A DNA stretch of 64,000 bases from Bugula neritina (Eukaryota > Animalia > Bryozoa). The position numbers and the translations under genes were made by a program. This document shows positions 11,528-26,320 of this stretch, one piece after another. How positions within the stretch are numbered: position 1 is the first letter of the stretch; every line of letters begins with the position of its first letter. Where the stretch lies: NCBI GenBank assembly GCA_964035545.1, contig OZ037768.1, forward strand, positions 23,717,319 to 23,781,318, written 5' to 3'. The notes below the pieces were generated by a model, which saw only the letters and a list, made by a program, of their open reading frames with translations, was not told the DNA's origin and made no database searches.

Positions 11528-14500
11528 ATGCCAACTAAGCAAGCCGCAGCAAAGTCTGGTGACTCATCAAGCAGCAGCAGTGACTCTGAAGATGAACCGT
11601 CTGCTCCGTATCCGACAAATGGTGCTGACAATAACAAAGCTCTCTCATTGGTAGACGACTCCACCAACTCCGTCATCATCCCTCCCCCTGAGGCTGACAG
11701 GGGAGAGTCCGAGTCAGGTATGTTCTGTTTTTACTCAAACTGAAATATTTTATACTTATATATTGAGGTATTTCTACCTTGGAGTTTGTATGAAGTTGTA
11801 ATCAACGTATCTAAAATTTTATTCTATGTGGTGCACTCACTGTTCGAAAAAGACCCAAGTTAAAACAGAGTCTTCAAATTATGTAAACAAGCTGTATAGG
11901 ATATTTAAGCATTATTATTTTAAATTTCTATGCAAAAAATTACTTTGAAGTATTTCTGTATAAGTAAAGCAATATCCTGAAGACAAAACTATACCCCATG
12001 CGTTATATATATTTAATACAGTTATCCTGGTTCTAATAATAAGAGATATGTAGTGGCCAAGATAAGTTAAACGAGTCTAAAGTGGCTGAAATGGAGTTTC
12101 AGTAATATATGCCAAGTAAAAATACCGACAAAAGTTTTAGACTATAAAATTGGCCATGTTGTGCTGCCTGATTAGTGTGCTGGCTTTTCTAGAGTATACA
12201 TAATCAATTATATTACATAACAGCTGCAAGAGTAGCTCTTGAAACGTGCAAGATCTTTTTATCCTATAATTATTTGGCTCGCTGTATTGCTTGTTGCTAT
12301 GGAAACCGTTACTACGCATTTTCTTTGAGTTTATAAAATGAGTCTCAAGTGAATAGGTATATCTAGACCCATTTAAATTATACCAGCAATCATTATCAGT
12401 CTATTTGATATTTGTATAGTATTTTTGGACCAACTCAAGTAATAATACTAGAGAATAACACTTGAAGTAACACATAGCACTCTAGGTAAATGTTTTTCAG
12501 CTGTAAAATAATAATGCAGCTCCTCTGTTACACTTCATCATCCCAAAAGAATCATTTATATTACAATGTCTCCTTGTACACTTAAACTATATAAAGTTGT
12601 AGGAAGTTGGTAATAATTAAAAGCTTTTTTTCTACTCCTGTGTAAAATTAGTATTAAAGCTTTCTGTAAACTTGATGCTAAAATTTGATTCTATTTATTG
12701 ATAGTCTAGCCTGCTATGTTGTTGAATTTGCGAAAAGCAAAATTTAAACTTCCAATATCCCCTTAGATAAACTTTAGTTCAGCTACTAGTTGTTTGGTGA
12801 GAAGATTATGTTGAGTTTCCTTGTGGAATGTTTCAGTGTTTGGGGAGACGGACACTTACACCGAATGTACTGATACCACTCAAGGACCTAAGGCTAAAGG
12901 CACAACTGAAGAATTGGAGAGTGAAAATAAACCAAAGAAGAAAAGGAAGAAAAGAAAGTCAGTATTTAATAATTTATGGTGTATGACTTGTGTCTACATA
13001 CTCAGTACTACTTTCCCATGCAAGTGAATTTTTCCTTGGTGTATGGGAACAGTGTCAATCAACTGAAACCACAGCAATCATAGAACCATGTGGTTTTTCA
13101 TTCATATGGATCCTTTTGGTGTATGGGAACGTAGTGATACAGTGTCTTCATGAAGTATGAATCTGAAACTATTTAGTCAGCTGAAATTGAACCGCTATAA
13201 TCTGACTGCTCATAACTATAAATTCAATTTAATATTCCATTCTGTTTTCATTACATCAAGTAGATTCAAGTCTCTAATTAAAGAATTCGGATTTCTGTTT
13301 TATAATTAAATATCTTTCATGAAACCAGTGCTTGGGTCAAACTCCTGATTGTGTCCATCTTGTTGAACTGATATGTTGCTGGTATGTCAGCGTCTTGACT
13401 GCTGCCGGGTGGGTAAATGTCACAAACAGGAAGTTACATCATCATAATTATGTTCACTAGATGTCAAATGTACTGTTAGTTTTAAAAGATGGTTCAACCA
13501 CCCTCGCAGAACCACGGCGGTGAAAGGTGACCACCACCACCACTCTTCCATCAAGAAATTGACTTAGATTTGAATAACAGCACATGTACACTACTTGCTC
13601 TTCAAAAGCACATAAAATAAATTGGAGCTCTTGTTTATAACTCATGCAAAGTGTTTAAGTATTATTTATTATGTTGTATTTTTATTTTAGAATATTGAAC
13701 ATTTGCACTGCGGCCTGCAAGTATGAGTGCAGTAAGTATTAGATACATGTTATAGTAAGTGTATACGTGTTATAGTAAGTTATATATATATGTATAATAA
13801 TATAGTAAGTTATATATGCACGTTATGTGAACATTTGCCAATTTCAAGTCCACATCCCTTTCTTATCTCACATAATTTGATTTTTATATTTGCCTTTTCA
13901 ACTTTCTCTTTACATTAGGACTAAAAGATAAAGTGTTTTATATTAACAACTGCTGCTGTTTTGTTCAGGTCAGCTTATGTAAACAGTGCTGACTTTACCC
14001 AGCATGTGTAGGTGAATGTTTTCTCTCTGTTTGGTCACCATCCGCTAATGCGTTAACAATGGTTCAGCAATTTCAGATCTATTCTGGTCTTTGCTTCTCC
14101 TAATTCAACATTTCCTGAGAGTGCTGCACCAAAGTGACACATTTTCCTGTGACTGAAGCTCAACGCAATTATTACAATTTGTTGCCATTAATTAGCCATT
14201 TCTATTGGTCAATAGTTGTACATGAAGACATCTTTTGTATCTGTTGCAGTTCGACGAATGGCTAAGAAGTTTGGGTTCCGAGAAGTTGGTGAGGACGAGG
14301 AGTGGAACCTTTACTGGACAGACTATTCGGTGGCCCTGGAGAGGGTGATGGAGATGAAACGATACCAGGTACTTCAGTAAAGAGTTTATTTCACTAGCAA
14401 TAAACTGTGTATTTTATTATCAATAAGTGTATTTCACTCCCAATAAAATAGGTGTTTTATATTTTTTATAAGCATTCTTTATTTTTCAAGAAAAAATATA

Positions 14501-17500
14501 TGCATTTCTGTATTTGATATTCAACTCACATGCTGAATTGGATAACAGCAGTAACTATTGCATAATGTTTACATAATTATCAGAATTTTGTGTGTAACTA
14601 TATATACAGTCACAGTACTGAGTATAACTCTATATACAGTCACAGTACTGAGTGTAACTCTATATAGTCACAGTACTGAGTGTAACTCTATATACAGTCA
14701 CAGTACTGAGTGTAACTCTATATAGTCACAGTACTGAGTGTAACTCTATATACAGTCACAGTACTGAGTATAACTCTATATACAGTCACAGTGCTGAGTA
14801 TAACTATATATACAAGTCACAGTACTGGGTATAACTCTATATACAGTCACAGTACTGAGTGTAACTCTATATAGTCACAGTACTGAGTGTAACTCTATAT
14901 ACAGTCACAGTACTGAGTATAACTCTATATACAGTCACAGTACTGAGTATAACTCTATATACAGTCACAGTACTGAGTGTAACTATATATACAGTCACAG
15001 TACTGAGTACATGAATCTTGTTACATCATCAATTAGTTTGGCTTATCAGTAACCAATTTCCTGTCAATATGTAAATTTATCAATGAAATCACTTAAAAAC
15101 AAACACTATACAGTTTATGCATTTGATTAAACCTGCAGTGTTTAGAACTTAATTGCTGTTTAAACTTCAAAGCTTAAAAATTAACTTAAGAATTACTTTG
15201 CCATATGGCTGTTGATTCTCAATTGTTGATGAATGAATACATAGCTGTGCGTAGACAGATTATAAATTAATATATTCACCATTAGAACTGGTAATTCTGA
15301 TTCAACTCTGTAGAAAATCAACCACTTTCCTGGCATGAGTGAAATCTGCAGAAAAGATTTGTTATCAAGAAACCTTAACAGGATGTCTAAACAGTTCCCC
15401 AAAGACTACAATATCTTCCCTCGATCTTGGGTACTACCTGCCGAGTGAGTTTGTTACCTGCGCTGTCTATTCTACTGGGGCTATAGTTTACCTGCGCTGT
15501 CTATTCTACTGGGGCTATAGTTTACCTGCAATGTCTATTCTAATGGGCTATAGTTTACCTGCACTGTCTATTCTAATGGGGCTATAGTTTATCTGCACAG
15601 TCTATTCTACTGAGACTATAGTTTCATTACTCAAAAGGTCCAATAAACAAGTTGTTCGAATTAGGAATTGTTTTCGTTTGAATTGAAATTTTCAAAAACT
15701 TTGCTAATGTTTTTATATTTTTTTATTGCGGGATTTTATCCTATATATATATTTTTTTCCGGTAATATTATTTTGTTATATTTTTATTGTATCATATTTT
15801 ATTCTTTTCATTTAGTTGCTAAAAACTTCTATAGACACTAGTTGGTGTGATATTTTTAGTTACGGCGACTTCCAGAGTTACTCCAGACAGAAGAAGAACA
15901 AGACGTACATTCTGAAACCGGCCAGTGGCTGTCAGGGCAAGGGAATCTGGATCACCAAGAATGTGAAAGATATCAAGGCCCACGAACACATGGTCTGTCA
16001 GCAGTATCTGTCAAAGGTCAGCATCTCTACTTCCTGTTTACTTTCTTCAAACTAGATTTAGCTCGATGACCCCGGCACCTCCTTCACTGCTAGCGGAAGT
16101 TTAACTTCAAGCAAAGCATTTTACACCCTCTCTCTTCTGATATTACTATTTTCAGTTCTGCAGGGAATTTTCCATCTTCTTCATTGTAATCGTGAGTGTG
16201 ATGTGTAAGTAATGATATGAAAGAGACTGTAAGTGTAATATGTAAGAAGTTGTAATGTTGTCTTTCAGCCCTTCCTGATTGACGGATTTAAATTTGACTT
16301 CCGTCTGTATGTTTTGGTGACGTCATGTGACCCGCTCAGGATCTTCACGTTCAAAGATGGCCTGGCAAGATTCGCTACAAAGCAATATCACGATCCCACC
16401 AACGGCAACACAGTAAGTGTATTCAGTACATACAGTAAGTATATACAGTAAGTACACACAGTGAGTACATACAGTAAGTGTATACAGTAAGTATACACAG
16501 TAAGTACATCTAGTAAGTGTTACATTCTGTTTCCAGGACAACGTGTTTATGCACCTCACGAATTATGCAATCAACAAGACAAGTGACGACTTCGTCCGAG
16601 ATGACGAGGAGGGGGGAAGTAAAAGGTGAGCTATCATCAAGTATTGTAAGGTGTCAGCAAGAGCTTGAAGTTTCTCAGAAAGTCAGTTTTACAGCATTAA
16701 GAACCTCTTTGCAGTACTAATAAGTTGCAATGCATAAGGATTGGTACTTTCGAACTGCTGAGTATTTGTGTGCGGCAAGCACTCGCACCTTGATGTACCT
16801 TCACTCAATCAATAGTGTATTTATAAGCTGAACTCTTACACTGTTACTATTCTGGTACATGGACGACAGGCTGTGCATGTGTAGGTGGCTGCCTGTGACG
16901 CAATGTCATAATCGCTCACCAACTATAGCTAGCTGATAGTATCAAGTATTGATCTCTATTGTTGGGCTGAAGCAGCGTCTTTTGTGTTTCTCATTGTTAT
17001 TTATAAGTCAATAATTGTCTTATGATAGCTGATACTCTGTCTCTTTGCTCAGCTTAATTAATTTTCAATAATTTCTGTCTAACATAAACAAGTCAGGTCC
17101 TAGCTGCTGGCATATCTCATTCCCAGGTGTGGGTATAGCTGCTGCACCTGTTTTATCAGGGGCTGACAATCTATGATGCCTAAAAATATATGTTTTTGAA
17201 ATTCTAATAGTAATAGAATTTGGAAAAGCCTGTGTTCTAGATGAAAAATGTAGTAAAAGTAGTTATTTTTTGTGAGAATAATAACCCTCACCCCAAACCA
17301 AAATCATCAAAATAATTAAAGAACTTGGCTATTAAAATTTCTTCATTTCTGCACCGAAATGAATTTCCTGCCACTCTTAATTTATATAGAATAATGTTTG
17401 AGATATCAAAGCTATAATAAGCCAAAGGGATTTCAACAAACTTACACCAGCAAACCCCACTACTTCCTGTACTTAGAGTATCGCTTGTATCTCCTTGCAG

Positions 17501-20500
17501 ACGTATCACAACGATCAACCGCTGGTGGGCGGAGAATGGCTATGACCTTGACAAGATCTGGGCGGACATTGACGACGTCGTCATCAAGACTCTGATCTCT
17601 ATCAACGAAATACTCACTCACAACTATAGAACCTGCTTTCCTAATCACGTCAGAGGCTCGGCCTGCTTTGAGATCCTAGGCTTTGATGTGATGTTTGACA
17701 GGAAGTTGAAGCCCTACGTTGTAGAGGTCAGTGTTGTTTCCTGTCGTCTGCAGGGATCTCCCTTGTTTCCTGTTTATTCTAATAAACTTGTTTTAATAAC
17801 TCTATTTGCAGTTATTATCTCGTGAACACAGCATTTCAAACTGGTTTATATATTAACATATAAATATTGTATTATTATAATATATTTTATTATGGTACAT
17901 CATTTCTCATTATTTGTACCACTGTTGGTTTTAAATTTTCTGGATGGAGCTATCTGGTGATGAAACGTTTACCAACACAGCTGCCTGGCAGCATATGTAA
18001 GATCCAGTGGTGGTGTTAGTATCCCACCTGGCAGCATGCAGTGGTGATGTTAGTATCCCACCTGACAGCATGATGTGGTGGTGTTAGTATCCCACCTGAC
18101 AGCATGATGTGGTGGTGTTATTGCACTGGCTGTTCTATAAGCTAACACACTTGTAGGTATAGTTGCTCACGGTCTAGTTCATTGCGGAGTTATTTCAGTG
18201 AAATTCTCTTTCAAACTCTTATATAATAGTATAAATGGCAGCATTCATTAAATCCGCCTTTTTGTCATAAAACACAAAAACAATGTGAGTGCATAGAGAG
18301 AGGTGTTTAGTGGAGTATAAACGATTATGTAACCTCGGCCAGCCTTCAGTGTTTAACCTCTTTGTTTTAGTCCAGTGAAGCCGAACTCCCAGTGATCTGA
18401 ATTATACTGTGCTAGTAAATGCTAGTGCAGTGTACTGTGTGCAGCCAGCCATGGGTTTACAAGTTGGCATGGCAAACTCACTGGTCTAAACTAATACTCA
18501 CATAAATATTGTAAGATCCACTGCTACTCCAAAGTTGCTGCGGTTGAGCTTAGAAACCAGTGAAATAAAAATTATTTAAAGATGTTGGAATTAGTTCCTA
18601 ATTCTAGTATTTTAGTTGAAAACATTAGTTAGGACAACTCCCAAATTTTAACTGTTAATTAACTGTTACTACTTACAAAGGAATGTTGGTAAGTTGATGC
18701 AGTTAGAGTACCGTGTCCAATAACTCTGACTCATACCTAGAGTCACTCTGAGTAACCTAGTGGTGACTCATCCGACTAACTTTATTTTGATCTCAGTAGC
18801 ATTAGTAGTATTAGTATAAAGCTATTTATTATCACTGGTAGAACTAGTAGAGCTACTAGAATTTATAGAACTACTACTAGTTATATTAGCTTGTTAGTTT
18901 TACTTTGATTAAATCAGTCATTTTGGTTTCATTAAAAAAAAATTCTGCAGGTGAACCACTCGCCTAGTTTTCACACAGACGCAATTCTAGACAAGGAGAT
19001 AAAGGAAGCACTTGTTTATGACTCCATGACACTTATTAACTGCGGAGCTGTCGACAAGCGCAAGTGTATTGAAGAAGAGCGCAAGCGGATTAAAGACCGT
19101 CTGTTCAACAGAGGTCCAAACAAGAAAGAGACAAAGTAATCAGTTGAATTTACTTTTCCCTTCCATTAAGTAATGTATAACGGCAACAATGATATGGGTA
19201 GACAAATTCTAATGTTTGTTTTCAAGTTATTATTTTGTCTGATAAATGTAAATTTTTATTGTTTTAGTATTATATTGGTTATGTTTTTTTGTAAATTTCG
19301 AAGTTATTAGCCTTTTTAGGGTTTGTCTTTTGAAATCATTGATTGGGAATTTCAGTCCACGTCTGCATCTTATGTCTGTATCAAAGTGTGATATTTTTTT
19401 GTAATGAAGTCTCTTTGCCTATGAATATTTCTTGACACTTTTCTTGAAAATTCAGAGAAGAATTAGAAGTGCAACAAGCAGCCTACCTCAAGTCACTGGA
19501 TAAGTTTGAGTTGGAACACCTCGGAAGTTTCCGGAGAATTTACCCTCGACCCGGCATGGAATACTACGAGAAGTTCTTCCATTCTTCTGGCTCCTTGTTT
19601 CAAGAAACGGCAGCGTATAAAGCGAGGAGTGAGGCAGCAAGGTATGCTGCTTTAGTTAAATTTTTTTCTATAAACCTACTTTTTGTAAACTTACTGCGCT
19701 TGTCAAAAGAATTTAGCGGTAAAAAAGTTACCTATAATTATAATATTTTATTTCATTTTCTTGTGTAACTTTTTCAATCCATATTTATTGTTTTTAGGTT
19801 GCAAAGAGAAGAGATTAGACAGAAACAGGAAAAACTCGACTCTATTCTCAAAAAAAAGAAAACTGATTTAGCTCGTCCAGAGAGTCCTGGTGGGACGAGA
19901 CGGCGAATCAAGCGGCCCGTACTCAACTCTAGGCGCTTGGCCCAAAGTCAACCTCGACTAGCAGAAGGCAATGTAAGAATTGAGATACGGGATCATGTTA
20001 CTCTGAAGGATCTTTGTGTTGCTTGTTAACTGATTTCATGATCACCGACTGAAGCTGTGATTCAACTGTTTCGGTGTTGTTTGCAGACGTCAGCCACTCC
20101 CGTACTCTCATTAACTAACATAGACACGATGCGGCCACTAGACATCGCCGAGGAGGAAGAGCTGGAGAGGATAAGTGGACTCTTGCAGAGAGACAATCTG
20201 GTCAGGGGGTTGGGGATTGTGGAGCACGTGTATCGTATGCTACACTGCACTCCCGGAACCATCAGTAACCATCGGCCGCAGGTACACTCGCTCTATATCC
20301 TGATTTTACCTGCAGTGTACTAACGCAGCACCTCCAACTGCACAGGTGTACTAATCATTCTTGCTTTCCCTGCTTCAACTTGATATAGAAAGGTTGTTGT
20401 GTTGTCTGGCATGAGAAATGTCACCTTGACCCATATTTGTGAGATGCGTTTGAACTTGATGTGATGTGTTATGAGTTATAATATGTAGACCTTTACCTAG

Positions 20501-23500
20501 TTTCTGAAGCATTCAGCCATTGAAGTATTCCCTAATCTTTCACTCATACCTCATTAACTGCAGCTCTGATGTAACTCTCTCGGGCATGTCATCTTAAATA
20601 TTTTTGCAATGAAAAGCTACAGCCATTTTGGAAAATCAAATTAGAAAATAGTTAACATTGTCGAGTTTTTTGTTAGATACGCAAGCGAATGAGGCGGGTT
20701 CCACAGGTACAGCCCGTGTTTCTTATAGTTTATCTGTGTGAAACTTTTTACTATCTGATTTCTGTTGCATTTGATAAGATCAGAAGAGTTCTCTCAATTG
20801 TTGACATTCTACCAACATAATGTCATTTAGTCATGGGCTGCTACTACCACCAAGTCTGGTCTTCAGATGCGTTGTTGTTACTAAGCAACATATCTGCGTA
20901 TGGTTAAATTAGTCAGTCCTTTTAATTTTGTATCAAACTATTCAGTATTTCTTTCAGTTCTTATCAAATGCAGACGTCACGTCATGAATCTGAGTCTGAC
21001 TATAAGTTGCAGACGTCCTATCAGACACACTCTGATTGTCACAACTTTATCATTTTATTGAGTCATTTTTTCTATGTGATTATAAATCTATTCATGCACC
21101 AATAGCAATCATTAAAATATCATTTGAAATAATTTAAAGTTTGGAAAAGGACCATTGCATTTTCATGGCTGTTTTTGGTTTTATTTAAATTTTTTCATAG
21201 TAATTAATAAATTTTACTTATTAGGTGCCATTTTGGCAACAAAAAATGTTTCTTCTCTCTCCAATCACATTTCTGCTTCTGTGTTTTGTTGGCGAAAAAA
21301 CTATCACCTAAAAAAACTCTTTTCTAAAATTTCATGCAATTTCTGGCTACTCCCTTCAAACACACTGAATAATATTCTTTTTATAACTTAAACTATCTCT
21401 CACTATTTACCGCATGTTTCTCATTTCCTGCTAATATTCTGTCTCCAGTATCAGTCGAGAGTGAGCAGGAATCCAGCTCGTAGTTCCAGAGCCATTCGTT
21501 TGTTGACACAGTTCAACAGACGAGTCAATGGATCAACTCACTTTGTCAGCGCTCCAAATCTTAGGGCAGAAAAAGACCACAGCAACCATAATAACAATAA
21601 CACAGTCGTTAGTAGGCCTTCTGATACCTCAACTCCCTATAAAGATAGTCCTCTAATGCTCAGTCCCATTCCTGTCAATGACTTCTTTCACTACCAACAT
21701 TCATCTCGTGTTAACATCTCACTTGATGTACGTCTTGTAGTCCGTCTGGTAAACCCTTCATCTGCTGTTGATGCTTTTCTTTCTTCCAGAATATTCTTTG
21801 AGTTAGCTTAAACCGTCATGTGTTGAGCTGCTTTTGCTTTCAGCTGCTACAAACTTATTGATTACTAATTTATAAAAAAATGTTTTGCTTGAGCTACTAA
21901 CAGCTTTAATTCAACTTGCTCAGTTTGACTTTAGCTCATAATCATCTGCTCAATCTATCAATCCTTCATCTTTGCTGAGTCATAGTCACTTCTCAAGAAT
22001 CGTCTTACAAACATTAGTCATCCCAGTCAGGGTGTTGAGAGTGTTATCAGTATGACTATGAGCCACTGTTTGAGTTGCACCGAGTGGTTTCAGCTGTAGC
22101 TACTACTTTCAGGAACACAGTGAACCAGCACCCCCATCTCAGCAAGTCACCAATGCTACTGCTTCTAATGAATATGATAACACTCAAGCACTCCTTGCCT
22201 TAGTAAATCCCCAATCAGCTGGCAGTGTGTCTGCCACCTCCATGTTGTCTAAGCACGGCACGTTTGTTGCTTCGACACAACGTCGACAGATAATGCAAGC
22301 TTTTGTAGCCCCCAACTCTCTTGCTCAGGTTTGTCTGCGCCGATTTTTCATCGAAATTTGTAATTTTCAATTTGCTCAGTAGAAGTTAGATGCTAGTATG
22401 CACTCACATGCAAGTAGTGAAGAAAGATTTATTTATTCTAGTTGGTCGTAATCACTGACTCACTTAAGCTTTATCTCAACAATGTTTAAGACTGACTTTA
22501 CAGTCATGAATAATAGTGATCTGTTCCAAAAAAGTTAACCGAGAGTTGTGTCCTCAACTGTTTAACTTCTGTTGCGAAATTTGGCCATGCTAATTAAAAT
22601 ATGGTGTAAAAATTTACAATTTCATTAAAAAAATTATCAGGTATTAAGTAAGATATAAGCAGTGTGCAATTTTTCTGTTTTATTGATATTGCATTTTTAT
22701 ATTTTGCTTTTACTTTTCTTGAAAAGATGACAACTCTCAATATTTTTAAAGTAGAAAGTTAAATACAAGCTTCTCCAAATTTTGTTACTCATGTATTTAA
22801 TTAAAGGTGGTGATAACTTCTACCACTATGTGCACTATTTAGCTCTTTGGGCATACAAGTTTATTGCAGCTGCCCAGCTGTTGTACAATGCACTGCATCA
22901 TCACACCCACTGATTTATAATTTACCGTATATGTTTTCAATCCTATATATTTTATTATTGTTTTCTTGAGCTATGAAGTTGTTTCCTCTTGACATTGTGG
23001 ACTTATTTGACATTCTCAAACTATTTTTTAAAAATTAACCTGTGTTCTGATAAAACAAGATCTACAGCGAATGTAGTAGTGGTGGCTGATGCACTTCAAA
23101 TTAAAACTCTCCGACTATTTGCTCGCTGCAGGGTAGAAAGTTCTTATTATTAAGACTGTCTTTTAGAATGGTGCGGGTTTCCACAGAGGCAAGCATTCTA
23201 ATCACAGGAAGCACGGCGTAGAGGTTGAAGCGGACAGGAAGAGTCTCATGAGAAACGCGTTGAGTGATCACACGTCTGCTAATCCTGCCTTCTACCAGCC
23301 GAGAACTTTCAGTGGCACAGGTGGGTGTCTCATGCAGCGTATCAATGGCGGCTTGGGGTTTCGCTTTTCAAAATATATGGTTTTCATAACTTGAAAATAT
23401 TGGATCAAAATTAAAAATGCTTTAAAAATGAATATTTCTATTTAAAATATTAATTTTAAGAGTACTGGCTTTAGCTTTCGGTTATTATAAACACATGGAA

Positions 23501-25648
23501 ATTTTGATTTCTTCAGAAGTTGATAAAATTGTTGAAATTAATTTGTTTCTCTTTTAATCTTCTAGTTTTTTCTTTCAGTCTTTGCTTCACTTTAGCTAGT
23601 TCAACATAAAGTTTGGGTAGTAGTATAGTTGGTTTGATCCTAAATTTTATACAATCCCAATTTGCCATCTTATCAACAGAATAAGTGTAGATCTCAATAG
23701 AATAGATTTATCTTTCCCTGCTAGTTACCATAAGGTAACAAAGATATCTGTAAAAGTAATGATTTTATATCATTCAGAAGAACTTTTATTCAAATACGAA
23801 TTGTTATACTTTTCACTTCGCAGTTACTTCATCTCTGATCATAATGTTTTACATTCTAAACTATTGCATCTATAGACAGCAGCCTGTTGTAGTTTTAAAT
23901 TTCTACATGTTAACCAAAGTCCTACTTGATTTAATTTATTCTTTTTAGCTAAAAATCAAAATCTTCACATTTTAAGCAATTCCAGTAAAGTGAGGTGTTT
24001 TTTATAATTGTTGCAAGTTTTAGCAGCAATTTTACTACCTGAATTTGAGAAGGATTTGATTGGTTCATGTTTCAGTGTTAACTCCAAGCAGAAACCTTTT
24101 CCTTGGAAGGCCAGGTACATAGGCGTAGAAATTGGAATGAATGAGTGATATTATATGTAGATCAACTTTTGTAGTCTATGTTAATTCCTCTGGTCTAAAC
24201 AATCATGCATCTCCCCCTAGTGGTTGGCGTGAAGCACACTCCCTCCGTTATTGCAAACCACCCACCCATTCCTAGAATAATACACTTCACTCATAATGTA
24301 GAAATTTTTAGAGTGTGTTCATTAGAATATAACACTAAATATGCAGCAAATTCTATAAGTTTACTATCTGTTTGTTATTGGCTGAAAGCCTAGGGATTAC
24401 TTTTATTTATATATTATATACAGAAATAGAAATATCTTTTGTAGAAGTGAAGTATTATCTATTTGGTACATTTATGCTATTTGTTTTTTGGTCAGACACA
24501 CCGAATCTTATCAGAGTAACTATTGGTTGTTCAGTTTGTCTCTAGCCTATCATATCTAGCCTATCCTTATATTTCACTTATAATGCCCATAAAGTGTCAC
24601 AATACAATGTTTTATAGTGGACGACGTTCCATCTTTGGTTATACCTGCAATAAGAAAGAGAGGTGAAACGCTTTCTAACATATTTCTTCGATATGTTGCG
24701 TAAATGTCCGTCATTCAGTTACTTGCTCTTCGTCTCTCTAGATGTTTTTGTTATATATGCGTCTCAGTTTAAAGCTAGCATTGCAAACTTCCGGTGGTGT
24801 TAGCTTCATTGAAATGAATTTGCTCAATCATTTTCAAAATACTAACTTTTACCAGAGAAAGCTAATGTCTCGGAAATTTATTATATTAATAAAGTAATTT
24901 GGCTGAAACTTTTTGTATATTTATTAATACAAGTAATTTTGTTTTTTTATCACAGCCATACAAATCTCTACTGACTGCTTATTTAACTCAACTTTATATG
25001 TGCAAATGAAGATATTCAGTTTTCTTGACAAAAATGTAATTTTTCAAATTTCCCTTGAATTTAACTTCAACATTTCCCCACAAACTGCTATGGTATGCAA
25101 TGAGGTAGATGCTATAATGAGAGTAATATTATGCTAAGTTTATTTGGTGTTTGTTACTAATAGCATAGTAGAAGTAGTGGCAGCGGCAGCATATTCTGTT
25201 CTCAAAGTCTGTTATTTTACTAGCTTGCTTGTCTAGATGTGACTATATCCATGTCTTAACCTTCTCTTTAGTTTGTATGTAACAGCTTCATGCTATTCAT
25301 TCACTTTTGCCCGAGTTCTCTTAAACTTATCTTCATTGTGTTTCAGGTGCTCGGAAAGGGTTGAACCTCACCCAACCGACTCTAGGACTGGATATGAATT
25401 CCCTAGGGCTAACTAGCCACAGCTACCAGTCTTACTCTACTAACAGTAAAGTGCAACCAGCCAACGCCCAACACTTGTCAGTCATCTCTGCTCCGGCACC
25501 TGTGCTACAGCGACCTGACCTTCCACCTAGTAGGAAATTAGCCTCATTAGAAAATGCCCTTAGGGGTGGGGGGAGTAGGCTACCAGCCCGTAAGGCAGTC
25601 AAACTAAAAACTCTGGAGACAGGACCGAATGCGTTGGTGTACAGCTAA
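11528..25648 (+). CDS. TTLL6: Tubulin polyglutamylase TTLL6/TTLL13-like, about 19 coding exons
   Basis: Exons 11528-11717, 12837-12957, 13691-13731, 14250-14368, 15314-15444, 15860-16016, 16269-16412, 16537-16625, 17501-17726, 18951-19135, 19456-19641, 19798-19972, 20087-20281, (20677-20706, 21449-21727, 22113-22328), 23167-23320, 24076-24114, 25347-25648. Motifs [82 protein letters not shown]. Confidence 0.93.
14595..15010. repeat. About 30-bp intronic minisatellite (TATATACAGTCACAGTACTGAGTRTAACTC), about 14 copies
   Basis: Direct tandem repetition visible in a TTLL6 intron. Confidence 0.95.
15448..15625. repeat. About 35-bp tandem repeat (GTTTACCTGCRCTGTCTATTCTAMTGGGGCTATA), about 5 copies
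   Basis: Starts immediately after a TTLL6 splice donor. Confidence 0.9.
16413..16518. repeat. 13-bp tandem repeat containing GTRAGT splice-donor consensus, 8 GTRAGT copies
   Basis: GTRAGT at 16413, 16435, 16448, 16461, 16474, 16487, 16500 and 16513. Confidence 0.9.
17984..18120. repeat. About 33-bp tandem repeat (GTGGTGGTGTTAGTATCCCACCTGRCAGCATG), about 4 copies
   Basis: Direct repetition in a TTLL6 intron. Confidence 0.9.
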
Positions 25649-26320
25649 TAGCATATATATTTATTTCACACTTGTTGGTGCATCTGCTTTACATATACCT
25701 GATTTATCCGTCCATTTTTGATGTTTTATTGTTCTATTATATAATTATATTTAACTGTAAATTTTTTATATATTATATTAATTTCACAAACTTAGTGTTA
25801 CTTTTACAATGCTGCCCTCCAGTATTGAAGCCGCTCAAAGGACTGCTATTAGCATACTTGCTCTGCTATTTAGTGAATTGTTATACACAGAATTCATGTT
25901 AAACACAATCACACATTACAGATAGTGTTGGTTGCTTTACTGTTTACCCATTATATTCATAACCCATCGACATTTCTAACTTATATTTGAGTTAGAAAAT
26001 TTGTTTAAATGAAGTTTAACTTAGTTTGTAATTAAGATGTATATGAAGGGCAACTGCCAATACTGTATAATATAGCCCTAGTATTTACAACACTTTGAGT
26101 TCTTTAGCCCTACTTTGAATTTGGTACAGAATATTTTTTTTAATAAAGATACTATGTTGAGTTTCGTGTTGAATTGGAATAAACCTCTAATCATGTCAAA
26201 TATTTACACTCTTGGTTATATTCTCAGTGAATAAATATGAAAATCATAAACACACACTAAATGTCCGTGTAAAATGATATTTGTATGAGATGCTGAGTCA
26301 TGCGACAAGCAGGCGTGTGA

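Noticed and set aside
14595-15010. CRISPR-like appearance of the 30-bp repeats (also 57712-58115)
   Set aside because: Head-to-tail repeats without unique spacers, no cas genes, and a eukaryotic intron context.
16060-16142. Possible intronic C/D snoRNA (CGATGA...CTGA)
   Set aside because: Imperfect C box, no terminal stem and no rRNA guide I can recognise.
24632-24642. TCTTTGGTTAT identical to the first 11 nt of miR-9
   Set aside because: The match stops there and I see no complementary star arm or hairpin.
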